Shown here in pieces: positions 54,174 through 64,000 of a DNA stretch of 64,000 nucleotides; the first letter of the stretch is position 1; each line of letters opens with the position of its first letter. The notes beneath the pieces are model-generated. The model was given only the letters and a program-made list of their open reading frames with translations. It did no database searches and was not told the origin of the DNA. The translations under genes and the position numbers were made by a program. Source of the DNA: Mobula hypostoma (lineage: Eukaryota); assembly GCF_963921235.1 (NCBI RefSeq), contig NC_086108.1, positions 58,220,001 to 58,284,000 on the forward strand. The letters run 5' to 3'.

Positions 54174-55160
54174 ATGATGTCTAGGAACAAGAATAAAAAG
54201 TCCGCTTCGAAGGCTGATAAACATAAAGAGATGCAGCAAGGCGACGGGCCTAGCTCTCCCACGGCAAGCCAGGACGGAGATAATGAGGGGGAATCGGTGA
54301 CTTTGTCTTTGATTCTCGGAGAGATTCGCGAGTTCCGACAAGATAACAGCAAACAGCTGGAAGATATTAAAGGAGAAATAGTAAAAACTAACTCGCGGAT
54401 AGATGAAGCCGAAGCGAGGATTGTTGGAATTGAAGAGAAGCTACAAAACGCAGAGGAAGTGATAGCAGAAATGCTGGAGCTACAAGACCAACTCCAGTGG
54501 AAACTAATAGATCAAGAAGGCCGCTCGAGAAGGGAAAATGTGAGGATCTACGGAGTTCCCGAAGGAACCGAAGGTAAACCCGGATTGATGATTCCCTTCA
54601 TAGAGAAGCTGCTTAGAGAGAACCTTGATATACCGGCCGCAAAAGACCTACAGATAGAAAGGGCTCACCGCGCGTTGGCACCACAGCCTCCGGCAGGCGC
54701 CCAGCCCAGATCGATTCTGATCAGATTTCTCAGTTACAGAACGAAGGAAGAGGTGCTTAAAAGAGCATGGCAAAAGAAAGGTTTCATGTGGAACAACTGC
54801 AAAATCAGTTTAGACCACGACTACGCACCGGGGATTCTTGCCAGACGGAAGGAATATACGGAAACAAGGAGAGTCCTGAAGGAAAACAACATCAGATTCC
54901 AGACCCTGTATCCAGCTCGGCTGAGAGTCTTTTACGACGAAGGGACAAAAACTTACGCTACGGTGGAGGAGGCAACGTCGGACCTGGCGGACCAGGGACT
55001 ACCTATTAAAGTTATCACCCAACCGGAGTCGCTACTGGAGAGGATTCGGCTGAAGTCGTGGCAGTTAGTGGGGCGAGGACAGTCCACTCGAACCAGAGTG
55101 TCAAACTACAAGGAAAAGCTGCAAATATTCAGACGCGAATGTACAGAGAATACAGATTAA
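54174..55160 (+). CDS. L1-type ORF1p (coiled coil, RRM, CTD), 328 aa, intact
   Basis: EGRSRRENVRIYGVPEG, IERAHR, PRSILIRFL, YPARLRV motifs of L1 ORF1 proteins. Confidence 0.9.
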   Translation: MMSRNKNKKSASKADKHKEMQQGDGPSSPTASQDGDNEGESVTLSLILGEIREFRQDNSKQLEDIKGEIVKTNSRIDEAEARIVGIEEKLQNAEEVIAEMLELQDQLQWKLIDQEGRSRRENVRIYGVPEGTEGKPGLMIPFIEKLLRENLDIPAAKDLQIERAHRALAPQPPAGAQPRSILIRFLSYRTKEEVLKRAWQKKGFMWNNCKISLDHDYAPGILARRKEYTETRRVLKENNIRFQTLYPARLRVFYDEGTKTYATVEEATSDLADQGLPIKVITQPESLLERIRLKSWQLVGRGQSTRTRVSNYKEKLQIFRRECTENTD

Positions 55161-55520
55161 TTAAGAGAAATGACTGAAAAGAGTAAATCGGACTTAAAAG
55201 TGAAATGAAAACTGGTAACTGAAAATAAACTAGGCGGAATAACTTGAATGATAGCAATATGGTCGAGACATAAATAGGAGAAAATTCTCTATGATTATTC
55301 AAACTGCTGAGGGCCCTCTAACACAGGGTGAAGATAGAGGTTATCCCTCTGAACTGAGGCGGGTCGGTGCTCAGGCCTCACTGGGAAGTCGGGGAAAATT
55401 TTCAAATGTTATACGTTCAGAAATGTCTAGGGTGTGGTTATATGTCTTGGTTTACTGTTGAGAAGGGATTGCTTACTGTTTGGTTAGAAAAGGAGAGTGC
55501 TTTTTTTCTACTAGAGAAAA

Positions 55521-56300
55521 ATGCAAACTGAATTGGTAAAAATAATTTCCTATAATGTTAATGGGGTTTTGAATCCAATTAAAAGAAATAAGATTATGTC
55601 TAAATTGAAAAAAGAGAGGGCACAAATAGCTTTCCTCCAGGAAACACATATGAACCAATCTGAACATGGAAAATTAAAAAGAATGGGCTTTAAGCATGTA
55701 TTTTATTCATCATATAAATTGAGTCACAAAAGAGGGGTAGCTACTTTAATATCAAGTACTCTTAATTATGAACATATTTCAGAGACTAGAGACAAAGAAG
55801 GACGGTTTGTAAAAATCACAGGAAGAATAGAAGGTACAGAAATAACATTGCTGCATGTTTATGCTCCTCCAGATAGTGAATGGTCATTTTATAGATACAT
55901 TTTTGACCTAATGATCAGTTCTCGAGGGGTAGTAATTTGTGGAGGGGATTTTAATATTAGATTAAATCCTATATTAGATTCTTCAAGAATAGTTACTCAG
56001 AATAAACCTCTGACTCGGAAAGTGAATTCATTGATGGAGGAGTTGGGAATTATAGATGTCTGGAGGGAATTACACCCTACTAGTAAAGATTATACATATT
56101 ACTCTTTCCCTCATTCAGCCTATTCAAGGATAGACTATTTCTTTATCTTAAATACAGATAGACTCAGGATAAAAAACTGTAATATTGCAACAATTGATCT
56201 GTCGGATCATAGCCCAGTCTCTATGTCTCTAATCCTGGAAAGGAAAATGAGGAAAACACTATGGAGGCTAAACTCACATATTTTATCAAATCTGCAATAA
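55521..56300 (+). CDS. L1 ORF2 truncated after the APE endonuclease domain (259 aa)
   Basis: ISYNVNG, LQETH, VYAP, GGDFN, SRIDYF, SDHSP, WRLN; then jumps to the last ORF2 codons in another frame. Confidence 0.85.
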   Translation: MQTELVKIISYNVNGVLNPIKRNKIMSKLKKERAQIAFLQETHMNQSEHGKLKRMGFKHVFYSSYKLSHKRGVATLISSTLNYEHISETRDKEGRFVKITGRIEGTEITLLHVYAPPDSEWSFYRYIFDLMISSRGVVICGGDFNIRLNPILDSSRIVTQNKPLTRKVNSLMEELGIIDVWRELHPTSKDYTYYSFPHSAYSRIDYFFILNTDRLRIKNCNIATIDLSDHSPVSMSLILERKMRKTLWRLNSHILSNLQ

Positions 56301-57619
56301 ATGGATTGAATATATAACCCCAATGCGAGCAGACTTTAGATGACTCTCCTAATGATTTATATTGCTCTTCTCATCAACACAGTAATATTGCTAACGTAAG
56401 CACCCCTAGTCTAAATGTTTGTTGTTTTTTTTTGGAAAATAGAGAATTAACACAAGTAAAGGGAAAGATTTGGGAAAGGGATAAAAAAAAAAGAAAAAAT
56501 TAAGTAAATAAGTACATAGGGATTGGATAATTATGTCTGCGGGCAGGAACAAGCACGAACAAATTGGGATATAAACACCTACAATGGTTGGTATATAGGC
56601 TTGTATGCAACATTTTGGACCAGTGGAAATGGTCCAGAAGGGTTGTATGGAAACTATTATTACCATTTTTCTTAACAACTAATTTCATTACTTAGCCTAA
56701 TAGGTTAGATTTATCACAGTACATAATTATCTATTTAAATGTTTATTTTCCTTTTATATCATCTCAATGTCTACTTAAGAATGTATAAATAATTGTGGTT
56801 TTGTACATATAAAAAATGGAAAAGGTTATATGTGTGAAAAAAGTACATGATAATTATGAATTCCTTATCCAAATAAAAATAAAATTAAAAAAAAAGAGGA
56901 TGTCCTTGATCATTCCCGCCAGTTGGTTGGCACAGGTATGCCATCGGGGATTGATGCTTTGCAAGGGTTCACCCTCTTGAAAGACGTTCTACGTCCACCT
57001 CCGACTCAGATATGACAGTGTTGCTAGATGCTGCAGAAATTTGCACAGGTATCGTTTTGTTCTCCCTTTTAAAGTTCTCCCTTATAATGTTCAGTTCTAG
57101 CTTGTAGGAAGTAATGGCCTGCAAACTCCCTTTAACATCTCTCACTTTGCTCAGAATTGCCTTTTCACTTTCACGATAGACATGGACTTCTTGTAGCATT
57201 CTAGATCAATGGTCTTGAACACCAGAGATAAGATACTCAGCAGACTGTGAACTCCTGGTTCCTCCATGGCTTCTGATTTGAGTGTATTGAAGGCACACAT
57301 TCATCCACACAGGCCTTGATGAAGTTGGTGATGACTCAGGCATATTCATTTAGATCCAAATTCCAATTCAAAGAGTTCTGTAAGTGCTCTTCCACCTCAC
57401 TTGACCAAACCTTCACAATTCTCACACTGATGCCGCAGTCTTCAGGCTCTGTCTATATGAAGTTAGCTGAAGTACAGACTGCTGATCAAACCTGCCAATA
57501 TACAGGCATGGAATGGCACAGTAGGCATTCTTGATCATGGTGTAACAGTGATCAAGTGTGTTGACTACTCAGATTCCACAAGTGATAACTTGGTGGTAGT
57601 AATTACGAAAACAAACTGT

Positions 57620-57990
57620 ATAACAAAAGATGTGTAGCTGGATGTCTTAAAATGTATGAAGGTAGATTAATCTCCAGGGCCTGGATATATCAAAAAGCAC
57701 TGTGAAAAACTGGAAATTGCAGAAAACAGCTGAGAGACATGCATCATTTTAGCAACTATGAAGTGTCCAAAGACTAGAGGGTAGCTAACATTCTGCCTTT
57801 ATTTAAGAAAGGCTGCAAAGAAAAACTTAGAAACTATAGACAAGTAAGCCTAGCATGTGTGGTAGACAAGTTACTGGAGGGGATTATGAAGGATAAGATG
57901 CAAATATATTTGGAAAGGAAGGGCTTGATTAGGGAATAGTCAGCGCAACTGTGTAAGTGTGTGGGAGGTTATGCCCCATAAACTTTAGGG
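57620..57990 (+). mobile_element. Old CR1 fragment
   Basis: ANILPLFKKG...NYRQVSLACVVDKLLEGI. Confidence 0.65.
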
Positions 57991-58357
57991 CTTTTCGAAG
58001 AAGCAACAAGGTCTATGACAGCAGTGGGTGTAGAGTTACTACCACTCAAAGGGTGATAATAGAGCATGCTAGCAGTGATCAGAGGGGACTGAACAGAAAA
58101 TTACATTCATTAGCAAGTTTGGAAAGCAAGCAGTCTAATAGTCTGTGAAAGGGAGTCTAGCACTACTTTGCTCTGTTAAAAGATAAAGAGGTGGAGATAT
58201 GGAGGGATTAAAAAAGGAGACAGAAAATGAAAGTGAGGGAGGGACAAAATAGGGAATGCCCAAGCTCTACAGACAAGGAGTTGATTCATTGACATAAAGT
58301 GGCCTCAGTTTGATTCATCACCTGCTTGTGGCCACGAGCACTTTTACCTCTACTTTC

Positions 58358-58750
58358 AGAATGAGAATCAGGTTTAGCATCACTGGCATATGTCATGAAA
58401 TTTGTTGTTATGCGACAGCAGTACATTGCGATTCATAGTAATAAAAACAAAATTACAGAAGTATACAAATGTTTAAAAAGTTAAATTAAACAGTGCAAAA
58501 AGAGGGAAAAAAAAGTAGTAAAATAGCGTTCATGGGTTCCATGACCTTTCAGAAATCTAATGACAGAGGGGAAGAAGTCATTCCTGAATCGTTGAGTGCG
58601 TGCCTTCAGACTCCTATACCTACTCCATGAGAAAAGGGAATATTCAGGGTCTTTCTGCAGCTTATTTTGATCCTGAGCATTGCCCCACCCCCAGACCAGA
58701 CAGGAATGTAGCAGTTAGAATGCTCTCCATGGTACATCTGTAGAAATTCA
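58358..58750 (-). mobile_element. Rex1 3' fragment
   Basis: Tail TCAGAATGAGAATCAGGTTT, same family as 18836-19370. Confidence 0.6.
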
Positions 58751-59045
58751 CTCCCTTTCAAAGCAATCTGCTTGCACAGTTCACTGCTAGCGGTATACCA
58801 TTATTGGTGACAACTACATGTAAAGCCACAATGACAACAGAATTACTTTGCAATTAATACAGAAGATATTCTGCTGTAAGAATCTTGTCACAGAATTTGC
58901 GATGCTACTGTCCTATTAATATTACTATTTATATTTATCTGTTTGCTAGCACATATCACAATATCAAATCATTGAAATGTAGCTGTTCTATGGAGACCTA
59001 ATGTAGGAAATTATATTTTTGCATCAATCTTATTTTCCAACTTAC

Positions 59046-59169
59046 TTCTCATTTTGCTGATGTCTGGCGGTATGCTCTTCATTTTGTTAGAAGCCAGATT
59101 CAATCTCAGTAGACCTGCCAGCTCACCGAGCGCACTTGGAATTGTGGAAAGTCGATTATTAGATATATC
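59046..59169 (-). CDS. LRRC40: LRRC40 internal coding exon (most 5' exon in window), 124 bp
   Basis: Minus strand tattttaacag|GATATA...ATGAGAA|gtaag. Translates DISNNRLSTIPSALGELAGLLRLNLASNKMKSIPPDISKMR, matching recalled human LRRC40 [42 protein letters not shown]. Ends in phase 1. Confidence 0.93.
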
Positions 59170-59790
59170 CTGTTAAAATAGATTGTTTAATCAGTGCTCC
59201 AGTAACCAGCAAACAGCAGACTTCCAAATACCATTCTGAGGATGAGGAGAGGAGAAAATCCTTAAAAATAATTTGTATGAAAATCCAGATAATGTGCAAG
59301 CATCTTTGCTGTTATTTCAGAGATAGTAATAATTTACTTATTATTTTTTAAATTGCTTATTCATTTGATATCTACATACTGACAGCTTTAAATAATTTTA
59401 TAATAGGTCTTTTATTATTTGCAAATTAGCAATATAAACAATTATGAGCAAAAATTGAATCAAGAAGAGAGAGCAAGAGATATCACTGAAAATACCAAAA
59501 AGAGATGAGGATAGTGCTTGTAGCTTTACTTAATAGTATCTTGGCCTAGAAACACCCAGGGAAAAAGAGTAATGAGGGAGATTTCATTTGGTAAAAATAT
59601 CTAGAGTTCATTCACCTTATCTAAAATCTACTTACACAAAAAACTGTGGGGGGGGGGCGTCACATGATGACGTAGGATTGAGACATGTAAATCTAGCTCT
59701 CCCGTAAAAAATCAGCAAAGTACCGTTTAAACAAAGTAAATAAATACTTTCCAAAAACTACTTATAAACTTCGTAAGACTACTCTACGAT

Positions 59791-60864
59791 ATGCCTCGTA
59801 AGCCGCAACAGAAGAAGTCTGTTGTTGTGAAGTCGCCGCGAGATGGGAAGAAAAACGGGCCTACTGCAGCGATGGAGCCTCGGATTCAGGTTGGATCTCC
59901 TTCAGAGGAGACACATTTTATCTCTGGTGTAAAAGAACAGGAAGCAATGGCAGCGGTAGCGGTCTCTCGGAAAAAGATGCTGGAATTGCGCATGTGCAAA
60001 TCGACACAATTTAAACTACAAGAACCGACGGCCACTGCAACTGAAAGTGACTCAGAGCCAGAATTGGATATCGCAGAGAATACAGATGAAGAAGAGGAGG
60101 AAGAACTGGAAGAGATTGGAAGTAAAGAAGACGATGGAGACATAGGAGAGGCTTTATTGCAGTTAACGGCTGAATTAAGAAAATTAAGTACAGGGCTTAG
60201 AGACGTGAAGATGTGCTATGATAAAGCTATGAAAAGACAGGATAAAATGGATAAGAAACTTCAGAAGATGGAAAGAACAATTGAGCATATTAACGATAGA
60301 GTGGAAAAAACAGAAAATAATGTGCTTGTCTGGAACACGGAAAGAAATCGACTCTTGGAGAAAGTGGACGTGTTGGAAAATTTTAGTAGACGTAATAACA
60401 TTAAAATTGTTGGTCTTAAAGAAGGTATAGAGGGAGATAATCCAATAGAATTTTTTCAAAGATGGATCCCGAAAACCTTGCAAATGAAAGAGGAAGACCG
60501 ATCAATTGAAATTGAGCGGGTACATAGAGCTCTGAGACCAAAACCACAAGATGACCAATATCCACGATCAATTTTAATCAAATTCTTAAGATTTCAAGAC
60601 AAAGAAAGGATTCTACAGGCGGCTGCCCAAGCTGCCAAGAAGAGAAAAGGGCCACTAATGATAGAAGGGAAGAAAATTTTTTTCTACCCTGACATAAGTT
60701 ATGAACTTTTGAAAAGAAGGAAGAAGTTTAATCCAGTGAAAAAAGCCCTATGGGATCACGGTTATCAATTTATATTGCGTTATCCTGCAACCTTGAAGAT
60801 TTTCTTGCCTGGTGGAGAAAAAAGATTTTTTGACCATTACCGGAAAGCGGAGGAGTTTCTGTGA
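59791..60864 (+). CDS. L1-type ORF1p, 357 aa, intact
   Basis: LENFSRRNNIKIVGLKEG, IEIERVHR, PRSILIKFL, YPDIS, YPATLKI motifs. Confidence 0.9.
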   Translation: MPRKPQQKKSVVVKSPRDGKKNGPTAAMEPRIQVGSPSEETHFISGVKEQEAMAAVAVSRKKMLELRMCKSTQFKLQEPTATATESDSEPELDIAENTDEEEEEELEEIGSKEDDGDIGEALLQLTAELRKLSTGLRDVKMCYDKAMKRQDKMDKKLQKMERTIEHINDRVEKTENNVLVWNTERNRLLEKVDVLENFSRRNNIKIVGLKEGIEGDNPIEFFQRWIPKTLQMKEEDRSIEIERVHRALRPKPQDDQYPRSILIKFLRFQDKERILQAAAQAAKKRKGPLMIEGKKIFFYPDISYELLKRRKKFNPVKKALWDHGYQFILRYPATLKIFLPGGEKRFFDHYRKAEEFL

Positions 60865-61054
60865 GATTCTTTGAATATTCACCAGATACAAGAACAAACT
60901 TAGGGGAGCGAGATGGATTGAAGATGAAGACTGGATCAAGGATTAGGCCTGTTGAATTTTTAGGTGGATGAATATATAAATATATTATTAATTATATGAG
61001 GGAGGGAAAGAAAGGTTAAAATTTGAGGTATATTAGCTGGGAATAATAACATTA

Positions 61055-61057
<3 letters not shown>

Positions 61058-61099
<42 letters not shown>
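61058..61099. repeat. (TA)n microsatellite inside the ORF1-only L1
   Basis: Directly visible. Confidence 0.95.
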
Positions 61100-61104
<5 letters not shown>

Positions 61105-61949
61105 TTGTTACGGGGAGCTGGAAGAAACACTGTCCAATCACTACGTTATTCATGTGTGCAAGCGTGGCAATAGCCACGACCTGCACAATGGAGGGGGGTA
61201 GTGTTGTGTATCTTTTCATTCACAACATTAGTGGGGGGGTTTTTCTGCTTTTTTTTTCTTTTTTTGTATCTTATCTATCTTTATTTTTTCTTTTTGCCTG
61301 GATGATTGGGAGGGAAACACATAGCAACATGGTGAAGTTCAAAGAGATTCCCCATGGAACTATGAGAGTTGAGAAGCTAAGTAATGTTTTAGATTTTAAG
61401 AGATAAATATGTAACATTTTTGAATATTTGCAGCACTTTATAGCTCCGATGATGAAGATCTGGGTTCCTTGGGGGAAAGTAACAAATATATATTAAATTT
61501 ATTTTTATCCCATGGAGCATGTGCAAACCTTCCAATATTCAGGCGGTTCTTTTTCTTTTCTTTTTAGATAGGAGTATATATCGGGGGGGGGAGGGTTAAG
61601 GAGGGGGGAGGGTTAAGGGGAGGGGGGAGGGTAGATTTTTTTTATATTTTCTTTCTCATGTATCACTTGAAAACCCAATAAAAATTATATTTTAAAAACT
61701 GTAACAGGAAACAAGGGCAAAAAAAACAAAAAAAGCTTCATTATTTTGACAATGGAAAGTGCAATCACACACGGGATCGCTCTCTATTAACAAAGTAACA
61801 ACACAAAATGACTTTCATCTGAGTGTGGCACTATATGCTGCACAATACATTGTTTGGAACACAGTTCAAGTTAATCAATCAAATTATCAGCACCTTTCAA
61901 ACAAGAAAATAGAAATATTAAATACAAAAAAATGCAGTGATCACTCAAG

Positions 61950-64000
61950 CATATGAGAACATAAGAAATAGGAGCAGGAGTAGGTCATCCGGCCCATCAA
62001 GCCTGCCCCGCCATTCAAAAAGAGCATGGTTGATCTGTCTGTAAACTCAGCTCCATCTACCTGCCTTTTCCCCATAACCCTTAATTCTCCTACTATGTAA
62101 AAATCTACCTAAATGTATCTTAAATACAATTAGTGAAGAAGCCTCAACTGCTTCCCTGGGCAGAGAATTCCACAGATTCACCACTCTCTGGGAAAAACAG
62201 TTTCTCCTCATCTCTGCCCTAAATCTTCTCCCCTGAATCTTGAGGCAATGTCCCCTAGTTCTAGTCTCACCTACCAGTGGAAACAACTTTCCTACTTCTA
62301 TCTTATCTATCCCTTTCAAAATTTTGTATGTTTCTATAAGATCCCCTCTCATTCTTCTAAATTCCAGAGAATATAGTCCCAGGCGACTCAATCTCTCCTC
62401 ATTGGCTAACCCCTTCATCTCTGGATTCAACCTGGTGAACCTCCTCTGCACTGCCTCCAAAGCCAGTATATCCTTCCTCAAGTATGGAGACCAGAACTGC
62501 ACACAGTACTCCAGGTGCAGTCCCACCAGTACCTTGTATAGTTGCAGCATGACCTCCTTGCTCTTGAATTCAATCCCTCTAGCAATGAAGGCCAACATTC
62601 CGTTTGCCTTCTTAATAAACTGTTGTACCTGCAAGCCAATATTTTGCGATTCATGCACAAGCACTCCCAAGTCCCTCTGCACAACAGCATGCTGCAATCT
62701 TTCACCATTTAAATAATAATCTGCTTTTCTATTATTCCTTCCAAAGTGGATGATCTCACATTTACCAACGTTGTATTCCATCTGCCAGACCTTGGCCCAC
62801 TCACTTCACCTATCTATATCCCTCTGCAAACTCTCCACATCCTCTGTACAATTTGCTTTTCCACTCAGTTTAGTGTCATCAGCAAATTTTGCTATGCTAC
62901 ACTCAGTCCCTTCTTCCAAATCATCAATGTAAATGGTAAACAGCTGCGGGCCCAGCACCGACCCCTGCAGCCCCCCACAGCCCCCCACTCACCACTGACT
63001 GCCAACCAGAGAAACATTCATTTATACCAACTCTCTGCCTTCTATTGGTTAACCAATCCACTACCCATGACAATACACTTCCTCCGACTCCATGCACCTG
63101 TATCTTATTTATAAGTCTCTTGTGCAGCACCTTATCAAATGCTTTCTGGAAATCCAACTTTATGACAGCAACTGCACTTATTATGTCCTCAAAGAACTCC
63201 AGTAAGTTTGTCAAACAGGACCTGCCCTTTCTGAATCCATGTTGCGCTTGTCTAATGGAACCACCCCTTTCTAAATGTTTTGCTATTTCTTCCTTAATGA
63301 CAGCTTCAAGCATTTTCCCGACTACAGATGTTAAGCTAACTGGCCTGTAGTTGCCCTTCTTTTGCCTACATTCTTTTTAAAAAAGTGGCGTGACATTTGC
63401 TGTCTTCCATTCCACCGGGATCTGCCCAGAGTCTAGAGAATTTTGGTAAATAATTACCAATGCATCTACTATAACCTCTGCCAATTCCCTCAGCACCCTG
63501 GGATGCATCCCATCAGGACTAGGGGACTTATCTACCTTCAGGCCCTCTAGTTTGCTCATCACTATCTCTTTAGTGACAGTGATTTTATCCGGGTCTTCAT
63601 CTCCCATTTCATCCGTAACATCATTCTTTGGCATATTAGACGTGTCCTCCACCATGAAGACTGACACAAAATAGTCGTTCAATGCCTCAGCCACTTCCTT
63701 ATCACCCAATATCAATTTCCCCTTATCTTCCAAGGGACCTACATTGACTTTAGCCACCCTCTTCCACTTTATATATTTATAAAAACTTTTGCTGTTTTCA
63801 TACTTTGTGCTAATTTACTTTCATACTCTATCTTCCCTTCCCTTATTTCTTGTTTAGTTGTTCTTTGTTGCTTTTTAAAGTTTTCCCAATCCTCCAGTCT
63901 CCCACCACTCTTTGCAACTTTGTACACGAGCTTTTAATTTGATACTATTTATTTCCTTAGTTATCTAAGGCTGGCTCTCCACACACTTACTGTCCTTACT
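61950..64000 (-). mobile_element. CR1 LINE, frameshifted ORF2, runs off window end
   Basis: ORFs 62047..62781, 62806..62988, 62924..63313, 63377..63757; TTCTTATGTTCT tail. Confidence 0.92.

Larger units (their letters stand above)
54030..56895 (+). mobile_element. 5'-complete L1-clade element with intact ORF1 and endonuclease-only ORF2 (RT deleted)
   Basis: Perfect 16-bp TSD GAGGATGTCCTTGATC (54014-54029, 56896-56911); 5' G14 run; AATAAA plus A-tail; ORF1 and APE domain present. Confidence 0.93.
53260..57600 (-). mobile_element. Degraded Rex1/Babar LINE split by the L1 at 54030-56895
   Basis: MKCFE and YKFTDDT fragments; sequence colinear across the 16-bp TSD. Confidence 0.8.
59648..61693 (+). 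mobile_element. 5'-complete ORF1-only L1 element (half-L1-like)
   Basis: AAAAACTGT TSD (59639-59647, 61694-61702); 5' G10 run; intact ORF1; no EN or RT; G-rich 3' UTR; AATAAA near 61677. Confidence 0.85.

Overview
Eukaryotic (vertebrate) genomic DNA, most likely a cartilaginous fish (ray or shark), inferred from its mix of CR1, Rex1/Babar, V-SINE and Penelope repeats. The whole window appears to lie inside one gene on the minus strand, LRRC40. Seven internal coding exons (59169-59046, 42403-42261, 41397-41225, 30436-30346, 23336-23291, 20447-20348, 5176-5069; 785 bp total) have AG/GT boundaries and splice into one open leucine-rich-repeat reading frame. The ORF track shows only one of them. 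The introns are filled with nested transposable elements: many CR1 and Rex1/Babar LINEs, a near full-length RTE, Penelope remnants, two L1-clade elements, four Tc1 elements, a mariner MITE, a Tigger/pogo derivative, a hAT element and a V-SINE. Most notable: (1) a hand-foldable HDV-like ribozyme at the 5' end of the RTE; (2) a TSD-flanked Penelope terminal repeat carrying a minimal hammerhead ribozyme; (3) two unrelated, TSD-flanked, 5'-complete L1 elements with intact ORF1 but no reverse transcriptase (half-L1-like); (4) a 1.6-kb fold-back Tc1 made of two inverted 3' halves; (5) near-identical inverted CR1 copies bracketing two LRRC40 exons. All family and gene assignments come from motif recognition by eye, not from database searches.
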